This document shows, in pieces, positions 26,514 through 34,515 of a DNA stretch of 64,000 nt. A program made the position numbers and the translations under genes. Origin of the DNA: an uncultured delta proteobacterium (GTDB taxonomy: Bacteria > Desulfobacterota > Syntrophobacteria > Syntrophobacterales > Syntrophobacteraceae); the NCBI GenBank assembly GCA_963698165.1, contig CAVOPT010000023.1, positions 25,704 through 89,703 on the forward strand. The letters are read 5' to 3'. How positions within the stretch are numbered: position 1 is the stretch's first letter; each line of letters begins with the position of its first letter. Under the pieces are notes generated by a model. That model saw nothing but the letters and a program-made list of their open reading frames with translations. It had not been told where the DNA came from and did no database searches.

Positions 26514-27584
26514 ATGAAGAAACTGGTTTTCTCCGGGATTTTGGTCCTTTCGGCTTTACTGGCGTTTGGAGCCCTTGGCCCCGCTCAGGCTCAGAAGCCT
26601 ATGGTGTTGAACCTGGCATGGCAGCCGGAGCACGAGACGTTCGCCGCGTGGTATGCGAAGGAAAAGGGATGGGACAAGGAAGAAGGGCTGGATTTCCAGC
26701 TGCATTTTTTTGATTCCGGAATGGCGCAAATGGAAGCCCTGCCTGCCAAGCAGTGGGTGATCGCCGGCATGGGCGGTGTCCCCGCCAACGTGGGTGCCCT
26801 CCGCTACGGCACGGTTTTGTTCGCCATCGGCAACGATGAGTCCGAGACCAACTGCGTGATGGTGCGCAAAGACAGCCCCATCCTCAAGACAAAGGGCTTC
26901 AACCCCAAATATCCGGAGGTCTTCGGAAGCCCCGAGACCATCAAGGGAAAGACCATCCTGGCCACGACGGTTTCCTCCGGTCATTTCGCCATGAGCAAGT
27001 GGCTCGAAGTTTTTGGGCTCAAGGACAGTGACGTCGTGCTCAAGAACATGGATCAGGCGCAGGCGGTGGCGGCCTTCGAGGCGGGCATCGGCGACGCCGT
27101 GGTGCTCTGGGCCCCCCATATCTACACCGGCCTTGGCAAAAGCTGGAAAATCGCCGCCAACACCAAGACCTCCGGTGGAGCTCAGCCCATCGTACTCATC
27201 GCGGAAAAGGAGTTCAGCGAGAAGAATCCCGAAATCATGGCCAAGTTCCTGCGCGTGTATCTGCGCAGCATCAACGCCATCAAGAAAGAGGGCGAGAAGC
27301 TGGTGCCCGAGTACAATAGGTTTTTCAAGGATTGGGCCGGTATGGACCTGAGCCCAGAATCCGCCAAGATGGACCTGCTGATGCACCCGGTGTTCACCCT
27401 GGAGGAGCAGATCAAGATGTTTGACAGCAGCGCCGGACCGAGTGATGTCCAAAAGTGGCAGCAGGCCATCCTGGACTTCTTCACCGCTCAGGGCAGGTTC
27501 AAGCCCGAAGAGAAGGAAAAGGTGATGAAGAGCGATTACATCACGGGCAAGTTCCTTAAGATGGTCAAAACACCCATTCCCTGA
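26514..27584 (+). CDS. ABC transporter periplasmic substrate-binding protein (NMT1/SsuA/TauA-like, NitT/TauT family)
   Basis: Signal peptide MKKLVFSGILVLSALLAFGALGPAQA. The length, the alternating pattern typical of aliphatic sulfonate/taurine-type binding proteins and its position inside an ABC operon support the call. Confidence 0.75.
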   Translation: MKKLVFSGILVLSALLAFGALGPAQAQKPMVLNLAWQPEHETFAAWYAKEKGWDKEEGLDFQLHFFDSGMAQMEALPAKQWVIAGMGGVPANVGALRYGTVLFAIGNDESETNCVMVRKDSPILKTKGFNPKYPEVFGSPETIKGKTILATTVSSGHFAMSKWLEVFGLKDSDVVLKNMDQAQAVAAFEAGIGDAVVLWAPHIYTGLGKSWKIAANTKTSGGAQPIVLIAEKEFSEKNPEIMAKFLRVYLRSINAIKKEGEKLVPEYNRFFKDWAGMDLSPESAKMDLLMHPVFTLEEQIKMFDSSAGPSDVQKWQQAILDFFTAQGRFKPEEKEKVMKSDYITGKFLKMVKTPIP

Positions 27585-27826
27585 TGCGGTCGAGGCCTCG
27601 AGACGTGTGAGGGCTGCATGACCTGAGATTGAAATTCAAGAAAGAGAGAGGGAGGGCCGGACAATCTTCCGGTCCTCCCGGCAAGGCCGGACAAGGTATC
27701 GAACAGGGGGGACCCTCTGGCTCCGGAGTCAGGGCCGAGTGGGGCATGGAAAGCGAATGAGATGTTGGCACCCGTTTTAAGGATTTCGTTTCGACACTTT
27801 TGAACCATTCGGCTGGGAGACGAACC

Positions 27827-28621
27827 ATGGCCTATGAGGAAGTGAAGGTCAAAAAGCCTTTGATGTTAAGAATCCTGCCTGTGGCGAGCCTCTTGCTCTT
27901 CCTGGTGGGCTGGCAGCTGATCGTGGATATGGAAATCGTCCCAAGCAGTATGCTTGCCTCACCCACGCAGGTTTATGAACTCTTTAAGGTCAAGCTCACC
28001 GAGGCCAATCCGGACGGCGCGGTCTTGGCAAAGCATGCCTGGACAAGCGTACAGGAAGCCTTCACCGGCTACATTCTTGCCCTCCTCTTTGGGATCCCTC
28101 TTGGCCTGCTGATGGGCTGGTTTGTGGTGGTGGAAGGATTGACAAGGCCAATTTTCGAAATGATTCGGCCAATTCCTCCCATTGCGTGGATTCCTTTGAC
28201 CATTTTCTGGTTTGGCATCGGCATTACCGGGAAGGTGTTCATCATCTGGATAGCGGGAATCGTTCCCTGCGTGATCAATTCCTACGTGGGAGTGAGAATG
28301 ACCAACCCCACCCTGATCCAGATGGCCCGCACCTACGGCGCCACGGACTGGCAGATTTTCACGAAGCTCTGCGTCCCATCCGCCCTCCCCATGGTCTTCG
28401 GGGCCCTTCAGATCGCCCTTGCCTACTGCTGGACCAACCTGGTGGCTGCGGAGCTCCTGGCGGCCGACAGCGGTCTGGGCTTTCTCATCACCATGGGCCG
28501 CCGCCTGGCCATGCCTGACATGGTGGTTTTGGGCATGGTCATGGTGGGCCTCACCGGCGCGATCATCGGCATCGTTGTGGACTATTTCGAAAAGAAGCTG
28601 CTCGCGGGAATAAGGAGGTAA
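27827..28621 (+). CDS. ABC transporter permease 1 (NitT/TauT family)
   Basis: Multi-TM protein with the EAA-like loop MARTYGATDWQIFTKLCVPSALPMVFGALQIAL, typical of BPD-type permeases of SsuC/TauC type. ATG at 27827. Confidence 0.85.
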   Translation: MAYEEVKVKKPLMLRILPVASLLLFLVGWQLIVDMEIVPSSMLASPTQVYELFKVKLTEANPDGAVLAKHAWTSVQEAFTGYILALLFGIPLGLLMGWFVVVEGLTRPIFEMIRPIPPIAWIPLTIFWFGIGITGKVFIIWIAGIVPCVINSYVGVRMTNPTLIQMARTYGATDWQIFTKLCVPSALPMVFGALQIALAYCWTNLVAAELLAADSGLGFLITMGRRLAMPDMVVLGMVMVGLTGAIIGIVVDYFEKKLLAGIRR

Positions 28622-28627
28622 CCAAAA

Positions 28628-29467
28628 GTGTCTACAGTTGCCAATGAAGTACAGGTTAGAGTGAAGGAGAAGCGGCCGCTTTCGCTGAAGATCGTGCTCA
28701 AGAACCAATATTTTCTCTACGGCGTTTCCATCCTGGCTTTCTTTCTGGCGTGGGACTTCGCGGCCACAACGGAGATTTTGAAGGGGGGGTTGGCCCGCCC
28801 TCACCAGGTTCTGCTGCAGTCGACCTCCATGATAACGGACCGGCTGGCCGGCCTGTCGCTATGGGGACATATCTGGGCAAGCACGCAGCGGATTTTGATC
28901 GGCTTTACAGTGGCGGCCGTCGTAGCCGTGCCCCTTGGTCTCCTGATGGCCCTCAACCCTTACATCAATGCTGTGGTCAAGCCCGTGTTCGATCTGTTCA
29001 AACCCATGCCCCCAATTGCCTGGATCTCCATATCCATTCTCTGGTTCGGCATTGGGGAGACCTCCAAGGTGTTCATCATCGTGATCGGCACCTTTGTGCC
29101 CTGCCTTCTCAATTCATACAACGGAGTCCGGCTCATCGAACCGCAGCTCTATGACGTGGTGCGCGTGCTTGGGGGCAATCGCAGGGACGAGATCCTTCAG
29201 GTGTGCTTCCCCGCTGCTTTCCCCGCCATCTTCGCAGGGCTGCAAATCTCCCTGAGCATTGCGTGGACCTGTGTTTTGGCTGCCGAACTGGTGAGCTCCC
29301 GCTCCGGGCTCGGGTTCATCATCTTCCAGGGAATGACCCTCTCAAAGCCGGCGATGGTGCTGAGCGGCATGATCCTCATTGCATTGGTTGCCTGGCTCAC
29401 CACTCTCCTGGTCAGCGGGCTTGAAAAAGTGCTTTGTCCCTGGAAACGGGAAGTCCTTGGGCTGTAA
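28628..29467 (+). CDS. ABC transporter permease 2 (NitT/TauT family)
   Basis: GTG start with AAGGAGG upstream. EAA-like loop VVRVLGGNRRDEILQVCFPAAFPAIFAGLQISL. Paralogous to the preceding permease. Confidence 0.85.
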   Translation: MSTVANEVQVRVKEKRPLSLKIVLKNQYFLYGVSILAFFLAWDFAATTEILKGGLARPHQVLLQSTSMITDRLAGLSLWGHIWASTQRILIGFTVAAVVAVPLGLLMALNPYINAVVKPVFDLFKPMPPIAWISISILWFGIGETSKVFIIVIGTFVPCLLNSYNGVRLIEPQLYDVVRVLGGNRRDEILQVCFPAAFPAIFAGLQISLSIAWTCVLAAELVSSRSGLGFIIFQGMTLSKPAMVLSGMILIALVAWLTTLLVSGLEKVLCPWKREVLGL

Positions 29468-29544
29468 ACCGGGTCTCCAGCCCGTGCGAGTGCGAGAAGG
29501 GCCAGAGGCTGAGACCTTGGTCGGGTAGAAAGGAATTCAGCGCC

Positions 29545-30315
29545 GTGGGAACAAATAGCGAATACAAGATCGTGTGCGAAAACATCAGCAAGACGTTCAT
29601 CCAGAAGGGGACCCAGCAGGTCCACGTGCTCAAGGATGTGAGCGTCAGCGTCAAGGAGAACGAGTTCGTCGTGATCCTGGGACCCGGGCAATCGGGGAAG
29701 AGTACCCTGCTGAGAATCATCGCCGGCCTGGAAACCCCCACCAAAGGCACGGTGGTGCTGGACGGCCGGGAGGTGACCGGGCCCGGGCCGGACAGGGGTC
29801 TTGTCTTTCAGAGCTACATGCTCTTCCCGTGGAAAACCGTCATGGGGAACGTGGAGTTGGGACTTAAGCTGAGAGGGATCGACAAGACGGAGAGGCAGGA
29901 GATTGCGAACCATTACATTCAACTCGTCGGGCTGCAGGGCTTTGAGAAGCACTACCCCCACCAGTTGAGCGGCGGCATGAAGCAGCGGGTCGGGATTGCG
30001 CGGGCTTACGCCAACAGTCCCGAGGTCATGCTCCTCGATGAGCCGTTCGGGCAACTGGATGCCCAGACCCGCTACTTCATGGAAAAGGAAATAGTGCGCA
30101 TCTGGGAGGCGGAAAAGAGAACGGTCCTGTTTGTGACGAACAACATCGACGAAGCCATCTATGTCGGCGACCGCATCATTTCCCTCAAAGGAAAGCTGCC
30201 GGGGACCATGCACGAGGAGTACCAGGTGGATCTGCCCAGGCCAAGAGAGCACACGGAGATGAAATTCCTGGAGCTCAGGCATGAGATCACGGAGGCGTCG
30301 GAACTGACCCTCTAG
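29545..30315 (+). CDS. ABC transporter ATP-binding protein 2 (NitT/TauT family), canonical motifs
   Basis: Walker A GPGQSGKST, signature LSGGMKQR, Walker B MLLDEPFGQLD. GTG 29545 was chosen because the ORF-track start (29434) overlaps the permease. The start is uncertain. Confidence 0.8.
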   Translation: MGTNSEYKIVCENISKTFIQKGTQQVHVLKDVSVSVKENEFVVILGPGQSGKSTLLRIIAGLETPTKGTVVLDGREVTGPGPDRGLVFQSYMLFPWKTVMGNVELGLKLRGIDKTERQEIANHYIQLVGLQGFEKHYPHQLSGGMKQRVGIARAYANSPEVMLLDEPFGQLDAQTRYFMEKEIVRIWEAEKRTVLFVTNNIDEAIYVGDRIISLKGKLPGTMHEEYQVDLPRPREHTEMKFLELRHEITEASELTL

Positions 30316-30392
30316 AGGAACCCGCTCCGTCGAAGGGAATGGCGCTTGGCCGGGTTCAGGGTCCGTTGGAGTACCCAGGAAAGTTCACCGAA

Positions 30393-31049
30393 ATGATCAA
30401 TCAGAAATCGCTTCGTGAGCAAGTCTACGAATTCCTGCGGGCGGAATTGCACAAGGGCAAACTCGCGCCGGGGGCATCCATAAACCTGACGCAGGTGAGT
30501 GAGAGCCTGGGAATCAGCAAGACCCCCCTTCGCGATGCCCTCATTCAGCTTGAAGTTGAAGGATTCGTCACCATATCCCCAAGACGCGGAATCTTTGTCA
30601 ACCGTCTGGACCTGGATGACATCAAGCACTGCTATGAGATCATCGGAGCCCTGGAGGCCGCCGTGCTTATTTCTGTGTTCGATAAGCTCAGGAACGAGGG
30701 CCTCGATGAAATGAAACGGTTGAACCGCGAAATCTCCGCGGCCCTCGACCGGGAGGATTACGAGGCTTATTACGAGCTCAACATCCGGTTTCACCACCTG
30801 TTTGTCGACATGTCGGAGAACGAGTCCCTCAAGCGCATCATCATGCCCATGAAACAGCGCCTCTACGATTTCCCCTGTAGAGGCTACATCAGGAGCTGGG
30901 AGCAGCGCAACTGCAGGGACCACGAGGCTTTGATCGAGGCCATCGAGAGAGGGGACAGGGATGCCGCCGCAGCCATCTGGCGCGACCGGCACTGGTCCTT
31001 CTCCGTGCAGGAGCCGTACATAAAGAAATTTTACCTATTTGAGGAATGA
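30393..31049 (+). CDS. GntR-family transcriptional regulator with FCD (FadR C-terminal) domain
   Basis: The N-terminal wHTH LREQVYEFLRAELHKGKLAPGASINLTQVSESLGISKTPLRDALIQLEVEGFV is followed by a helical FCD-like domain with H residues (FHHLF, HEALIEAI). ATG 30393, or the upstream ATG 30339. Confidence 0.8.
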   Translation: MINQKSLREQVYEFLRAELHKGKLAPGASINLTQVSESLGISKTPLRDALIQLEVEGFVTISPRRGIFVNRLDLDDIKHCYEIIGALEAAVLISVFDKLRNEGLDEMKRLNREISAALDREDYEAYYELNIRFHHLFVDMSENESLKRIIMPMKQRLYDFPCRGYIRSWEQRNCRDHEALIEAIERGDRDAAAAIWRDRHWSFSVQEPYIKKFYLFEE

Positions 31050-31280
31050 GGTATCCGGCCAACCCTGGGGGACGCTTTGGCCGACTGGGAGTTACCATGA
31101 GGGTTCTGCCGCATGGCGGCCATTTGCCGGGTGCATTAGAATGGGGGCAGGGCCCATAAGGTCCTGCCTTTCCCGTTGGAATCCCGCGAAGACGCGCGAG
31201 CGGTTCCCGCATCCTGCTCCTGGAATGTGCCTGAAGGGGCATGAGGGTTTATTCTTACTTGTGGAAACCAGGGGACAAGG

Positions 31281-32906
31281 GTGAAGGTCGATCAAATCCA
31301 TGTGAACGGAGTGGTCCACACCATGGACCGGGGGAATTCGACCGTCGAAGGGTTCGCCGTGGCGGGAGGGCGCTTCTGCTTCGTGGGCTCAAGCGAGGAG
31401 GCGATGCGCCTGTCCGGCCCCGGGACGGAAGTTCACGATCTCGGGGGCAGGACGGTCCTCCCCGGCTTCATCGAAACCCACAGCCATCTGTCGCTCCACG
31501 CCATAACCCTGCTCCAGGCCAATTGCAGGACGCCTCCCAATGCGACCATCGATGACGTCAAGGCCGGGCTCAGGGAATTCGCTGCAGGCAAGGAACCGGG
31601 TCAATGGATCCGGGGCTGGGGCTTCGACGACACCCTCATTGAGGAAAAGAGGCACCTGACGCGGTGGGATCTGGACGAGGCGGTGCCGCTCCATCCCGTC
31701 TATGTCTCCCACACCAGCGGACACCTGGCTTACGTGAACTCTGCGGCCCTGAGGATGGCGGGCATAGGCCCGGCCACCCCCCAGCCCGAGGGTGGGGAAA
31801 TCCACATGGACTCGCGGGGAGAGCCCACGGGCCTTCTGGCGGAGGAGCCCGCCCAGCGGCTTGTTCTGGAGCTCATTCCTCCCTACCCGGTTCCCGCGCT
31901 CAGGGAGTCAATGGCGGAATCCATGGGTGTGTTTCACCGGGCCGGGATCACGAGCATCCATGATGCGGCCATCGGGTATTTCCGGCAGCACAAGCCCATT
32001 TTGCAGGCCTATCGTGAGATGGAAACCTCGGGCAATCTTCACATTCGTGTGTACTTGACCATCGTGGAGGAGGTCTACAGGAACCTCCTCGAAGTGGGGC
32101 TTGGAACGGGCTTTGGTTCGGAGTATCTTAAGCTCGGGGCCGTGAAGCTCTTCCAGGACGGTTCCATCCAGGCCCGAACGGCCGCTCTCGCGGAACCCTA
32201 CCTGAACATGGAGGATAATTCCGGGAACCTCATCCTGTCCCAGGATGCACTGGATGCCCTGGTCATGCGCTATCACGAACGGGGAGTCCAGGTGGCCGTT
32301 CACGCCAACGGGGACCGGGCCATCGAGTCCGTCCTGCATGCCGTGGAACGGGCACAAAACGCCCGTTCCGGCCGGGACAGCCGTCACATGGTCATCCACT
32401 GCCAGTTGGCGAGGAAGAGCCACATCGAGCGGATGAAGGAGGCCGGCATCATCCCGAGCTACTTCGTGAATCACGTGTACTACTGGGGAGACCGCCATGT
32501 GTCGCTGTTTCTGGGACCGGAGAGAGCGAAGCGCCTTGACCCCTTGAATACGACGGTGGGTGCCGGACTCCCTTTCACGCTCCATTCCGATCTGCCCGTG
32601 ACACCGGTGGACCCGCTCTTTTCCATGCACTGCGCCATGAACCGGCTGACCAGGAACGGCCATGTCCTCGGCCCCGAGGAGAGAATTCATCCTCTGGAGG
32701 CCCTGAAAGCATACTCGGTGTATGCGGCGGCCTGCAGCTTCGAGGAGCGCCTCAAGGGGTCCATCGAAAAAGGTAAACTGGCGGACTTCGTCGTCCTCTC
32801 GGAGAGCCCCTTGAGGATTCGCCCCGAGAGCATAAAGGATATCAGGGTATTGAAGACGGTGGTGGGAGGCAGGACCGTTTTTCCCCAAGACGGTCTCCCG
32901 CTCTGA
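31281..32906 (+). CDS. metal-dependent amidohydrolase (Amidohydro_3 / YtcJ-like)
   Basis: 541 aa. PGFIETHSHL, KLFQDGS, VAVHANGD and HSDLPV are the metal-ligand motifs of the YtcJ-like amidohydrolase subgroup. GTG start at 31281. Confidence 0.8.
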   Translation: MKVDQIHVNGVVHTMDRGNSTVEGFAVAGGRFCFVGSSEEAMRLSGPGTEVHDLGGRTVLPGFIETHSHLSLHAITLLQANCRTPPNATIDDVKAGLREFAAGKEPGQWIRGWGFDDTLIEEKRHLTRWDLDEAVPLHPVYVSHTSGHLAYVNSAALRMAGIGPATPQPEGGEIHMDSRGEPTGLLAEEPAQRLVLELIPPYPVPALRESMAESMGVFHRAGITSIHDAAIGYFRQHKPILQAYREMETSGNLHIRVYLTIVEEVYRNLLEVGLGTGFGSEYLKLGAVKLFQDGSIQARTAALAEPYLNMEDNSGNLILSQDALDALVMRYHERGVQVAVHANGDRAIESVLHAVERAQNARSGRDSRHMVIHCQLARKSHIERMKEAGIIPSYFVNHVYYWGDRHVSLFLGPERAKRLDPLNTTVGAGLPFTLHSDLPVTPVDPLFSMHCAMNRLTRNGHVLGPEERIHPLEALKAYSVYAAACSFEERLKGSIEKGKLADFVVLSESPLRIRPESIKDIRVLKTVVGGRTVFPQDGLPL

Positions 32907-32933
32907 AAACTCAGAGGGAAGGCGGACATTTTC

Positions 32934-34178
32934 ATGATCGTGCTCGTTATCAACGCGGGAAGTTCATCGGTGAAGTTCACCCTGTTCACAAACGACGGGG
33001 ACCTAGAAGTCATGGCTCACGGCATCGTAGAGCGGATCGGCCTCCGCGGGACGCTGCTCCGGTGCAAGAATGCGAGGGGCGACGGAATTGAGCGGGAAGT
33101 GGCCGTTGCGGACACGACCCAGGCCGTCGAAGTGATTCTCGCTTTCCTGTCGGGCAAAGATTTTGGGGTGGTCCGGAGGCTCGAGGAGATCACGGCAGTG
33201 GGACACAGGGTGGTCCACGGAGGGGAGACGGTCACCCGGTCCGTCCTCATTGACGACACCGTGAAGGCGATCATCCGGGAATGCGCCGAACTGGCCCCCC
33301 TCCACAATCCGCCCAACCTGGCGGGCATCGAGGCCTGCGAAAAGCTCATTCCCGGAGCCCCTCAGGTCGCGGTCATGGACACGGCATTCCATGCCACCAT
33401 CCCCCCCCATGCCTATTTGTACGGGATTCCATACCGGTATTACCGGGACTTCAAAATCCGGCGGTATGGTTTTCACGGGATCAGCCACAAATACGTGTCG
33501 GAGGAGGCCGCAAGGCACCTGGGTGTTCCCCTCGGGGATTTGAAAATCATCACGTGCCACCTGGGAAACGGCTGCAGCATGACGGCGGTGGACGGGGGGG
33601 TGAGCGTGGACACGAGCCTGGGTTTCACTCCCTTGGAAGGGCTCGTCATGGGCACCCGGTGTGGAGACATCGACCCCGCCATCATCACGTACCTCCTGGA
33701 CCGGAAGCTTGCGGAACCCGGGGACCTCGACCGGATCCTGAATAAGGAAAGCGGCCTCCTGGGGCTTGCGGAGATCGGGAGCAGCGACATGCGGGACGTG
33801 GCCGCCGCCGCCTCGAGTGGGAACAGGCAGGCGGAAATCGCGGTGCGGGTCTTTTGCTACCGGATCAGGAAATACATCGGTGCCTTTGCCGCGGCGATGG
33901 GAGGGCTCGATGTCCTGGTCTTCACAGCGGGGATCGGCGAAAATTCGCCCTCCGTGCGACGACTCGCCTGCGAAGGGCTTGGCGGGGTGAACGGCCTCGG
34001 CATCACCATCGATGCCGCGAAAAACGAAGCGCCGGCCGGGGGCGTGCGAGAGATCCAGGGGGGAGGCAGGGTGAAGGTTCTCGTGGTCCCGACCCATGAG
34101 GAGTTGGAGATCGCCAGGCAGACGGTGGCGGTCCTTGGGAGCGAGCTCCTGTCGGGGCAGCGGCGTGGGGAACCCTGA
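32934..34178 (+). CDS. ackA: acetate kinase
   Basis: MIVLVINAGSSSVKFTLF, GHRVVHGG, FDTAFH-like MDTAFHATIP, GFHGISH, HLGNGCS and TAGIGENS are canonical AckA motifs. Confidence 0.92.
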   Translation: MIVLVINAGSSSVKFTLFTNDGDLEVMAHGIVERIGLRGTLLRCKNARGDGIEREVAVADTTQAVEVILAFLSGKDFGVVRRLEEITAVGHRVVHGGETVTRSVLIDDTVKAIIRECAELAPLHNPPNLAGIEACEKLIPGAPQVAVMDTAFHATIPPHAYLYGIPYRYYRDFKIRRYGFHGISHKYVSEEAARHLGVPLGDLKIITCHLGNGCSMTAVDGGVSVDTSLGFTPLEGLVMGTRCGDIDPAIITYLLDRKLAEPGDLDRILNKESGLLGLAEIGSSDMRDVAAAASSGNRQAEIAVRVFCYRIRKYIGAFAAAMGGLDVLVFTAGIGENSPSVRRLACEGLGGVNGLGITIDAAKNEAPAGGVREIQGGGRVKVLVVPTHEELEIARQTVAVLGSELLSGQRRGEP

Positions 34179-34211
34179 CAAACCCGGGCGATTCCATTGG
34201 ATCCATCAGGC

Positions 34212-34326
34212 TATACAAGGGCCTTGTCCCACCCTGAGGCCCACGAGGGGCTAGCCTACGCGCCCACGAGGGGCCATGCTGCGCGCCCGCGGGGCCATGC
34301 TGCGCGCCCGCGAGGCCATGCCACAG
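34212..34326. repeat. intergenic element plus four tandem 21-23-nt units (gcccacgaggggc.a.gc...gc)
   Basis: Units at 34239-34261, 34262-34284, 34285-34305 and 34306-34326. These are gcccacgaggggctagcctacgc, gcccacgaggggccatgctgcgc, gcccgcggggccatgctgcgc and gcccgcgaggccatgccacag. They are preceded by agggccttgtccc, as in the copy at 4497-4543. Confidence 0.7.
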
Positions 34327-34369
34327 AACGCGTCTCGGTCACGAATCAGCCGACCCGCTTCCCCGCATG

Positions 34370-34398
34370 TTGACAGGCTGTTTTGATTTCCCTACAAT
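34370..34398 (+). promoter_or_regulatory. near-consensus sigma70 promoter upstream of ilvB
   Basis: TTGACA (34370-34375), 17-nt spacer, TACAAT (34393-34398), about 120 nt upstream of the ilvB ATG. Confidence 0.55.
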
Positions 34399-34515
34399 CA
34401 TTGATCTTCTTCAGCCAATCTCTCGATTGCACTGGGTTCTTTCCGACTGGGAGAGAGACCGGCGGGGAGATGGCTGTTCCTGCATTCAACATTTCAGACT
34501 TTGAAGGTTTTTCCC

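Noticed and set aside
34239-34326. Possible CRISPR array
   Set aside because: The 21-23-nt units are directly adjacent with no spacers, there are only four copies, they decay progressively and there are no cas genes. It is a tandem repeat, not a CRISPR.
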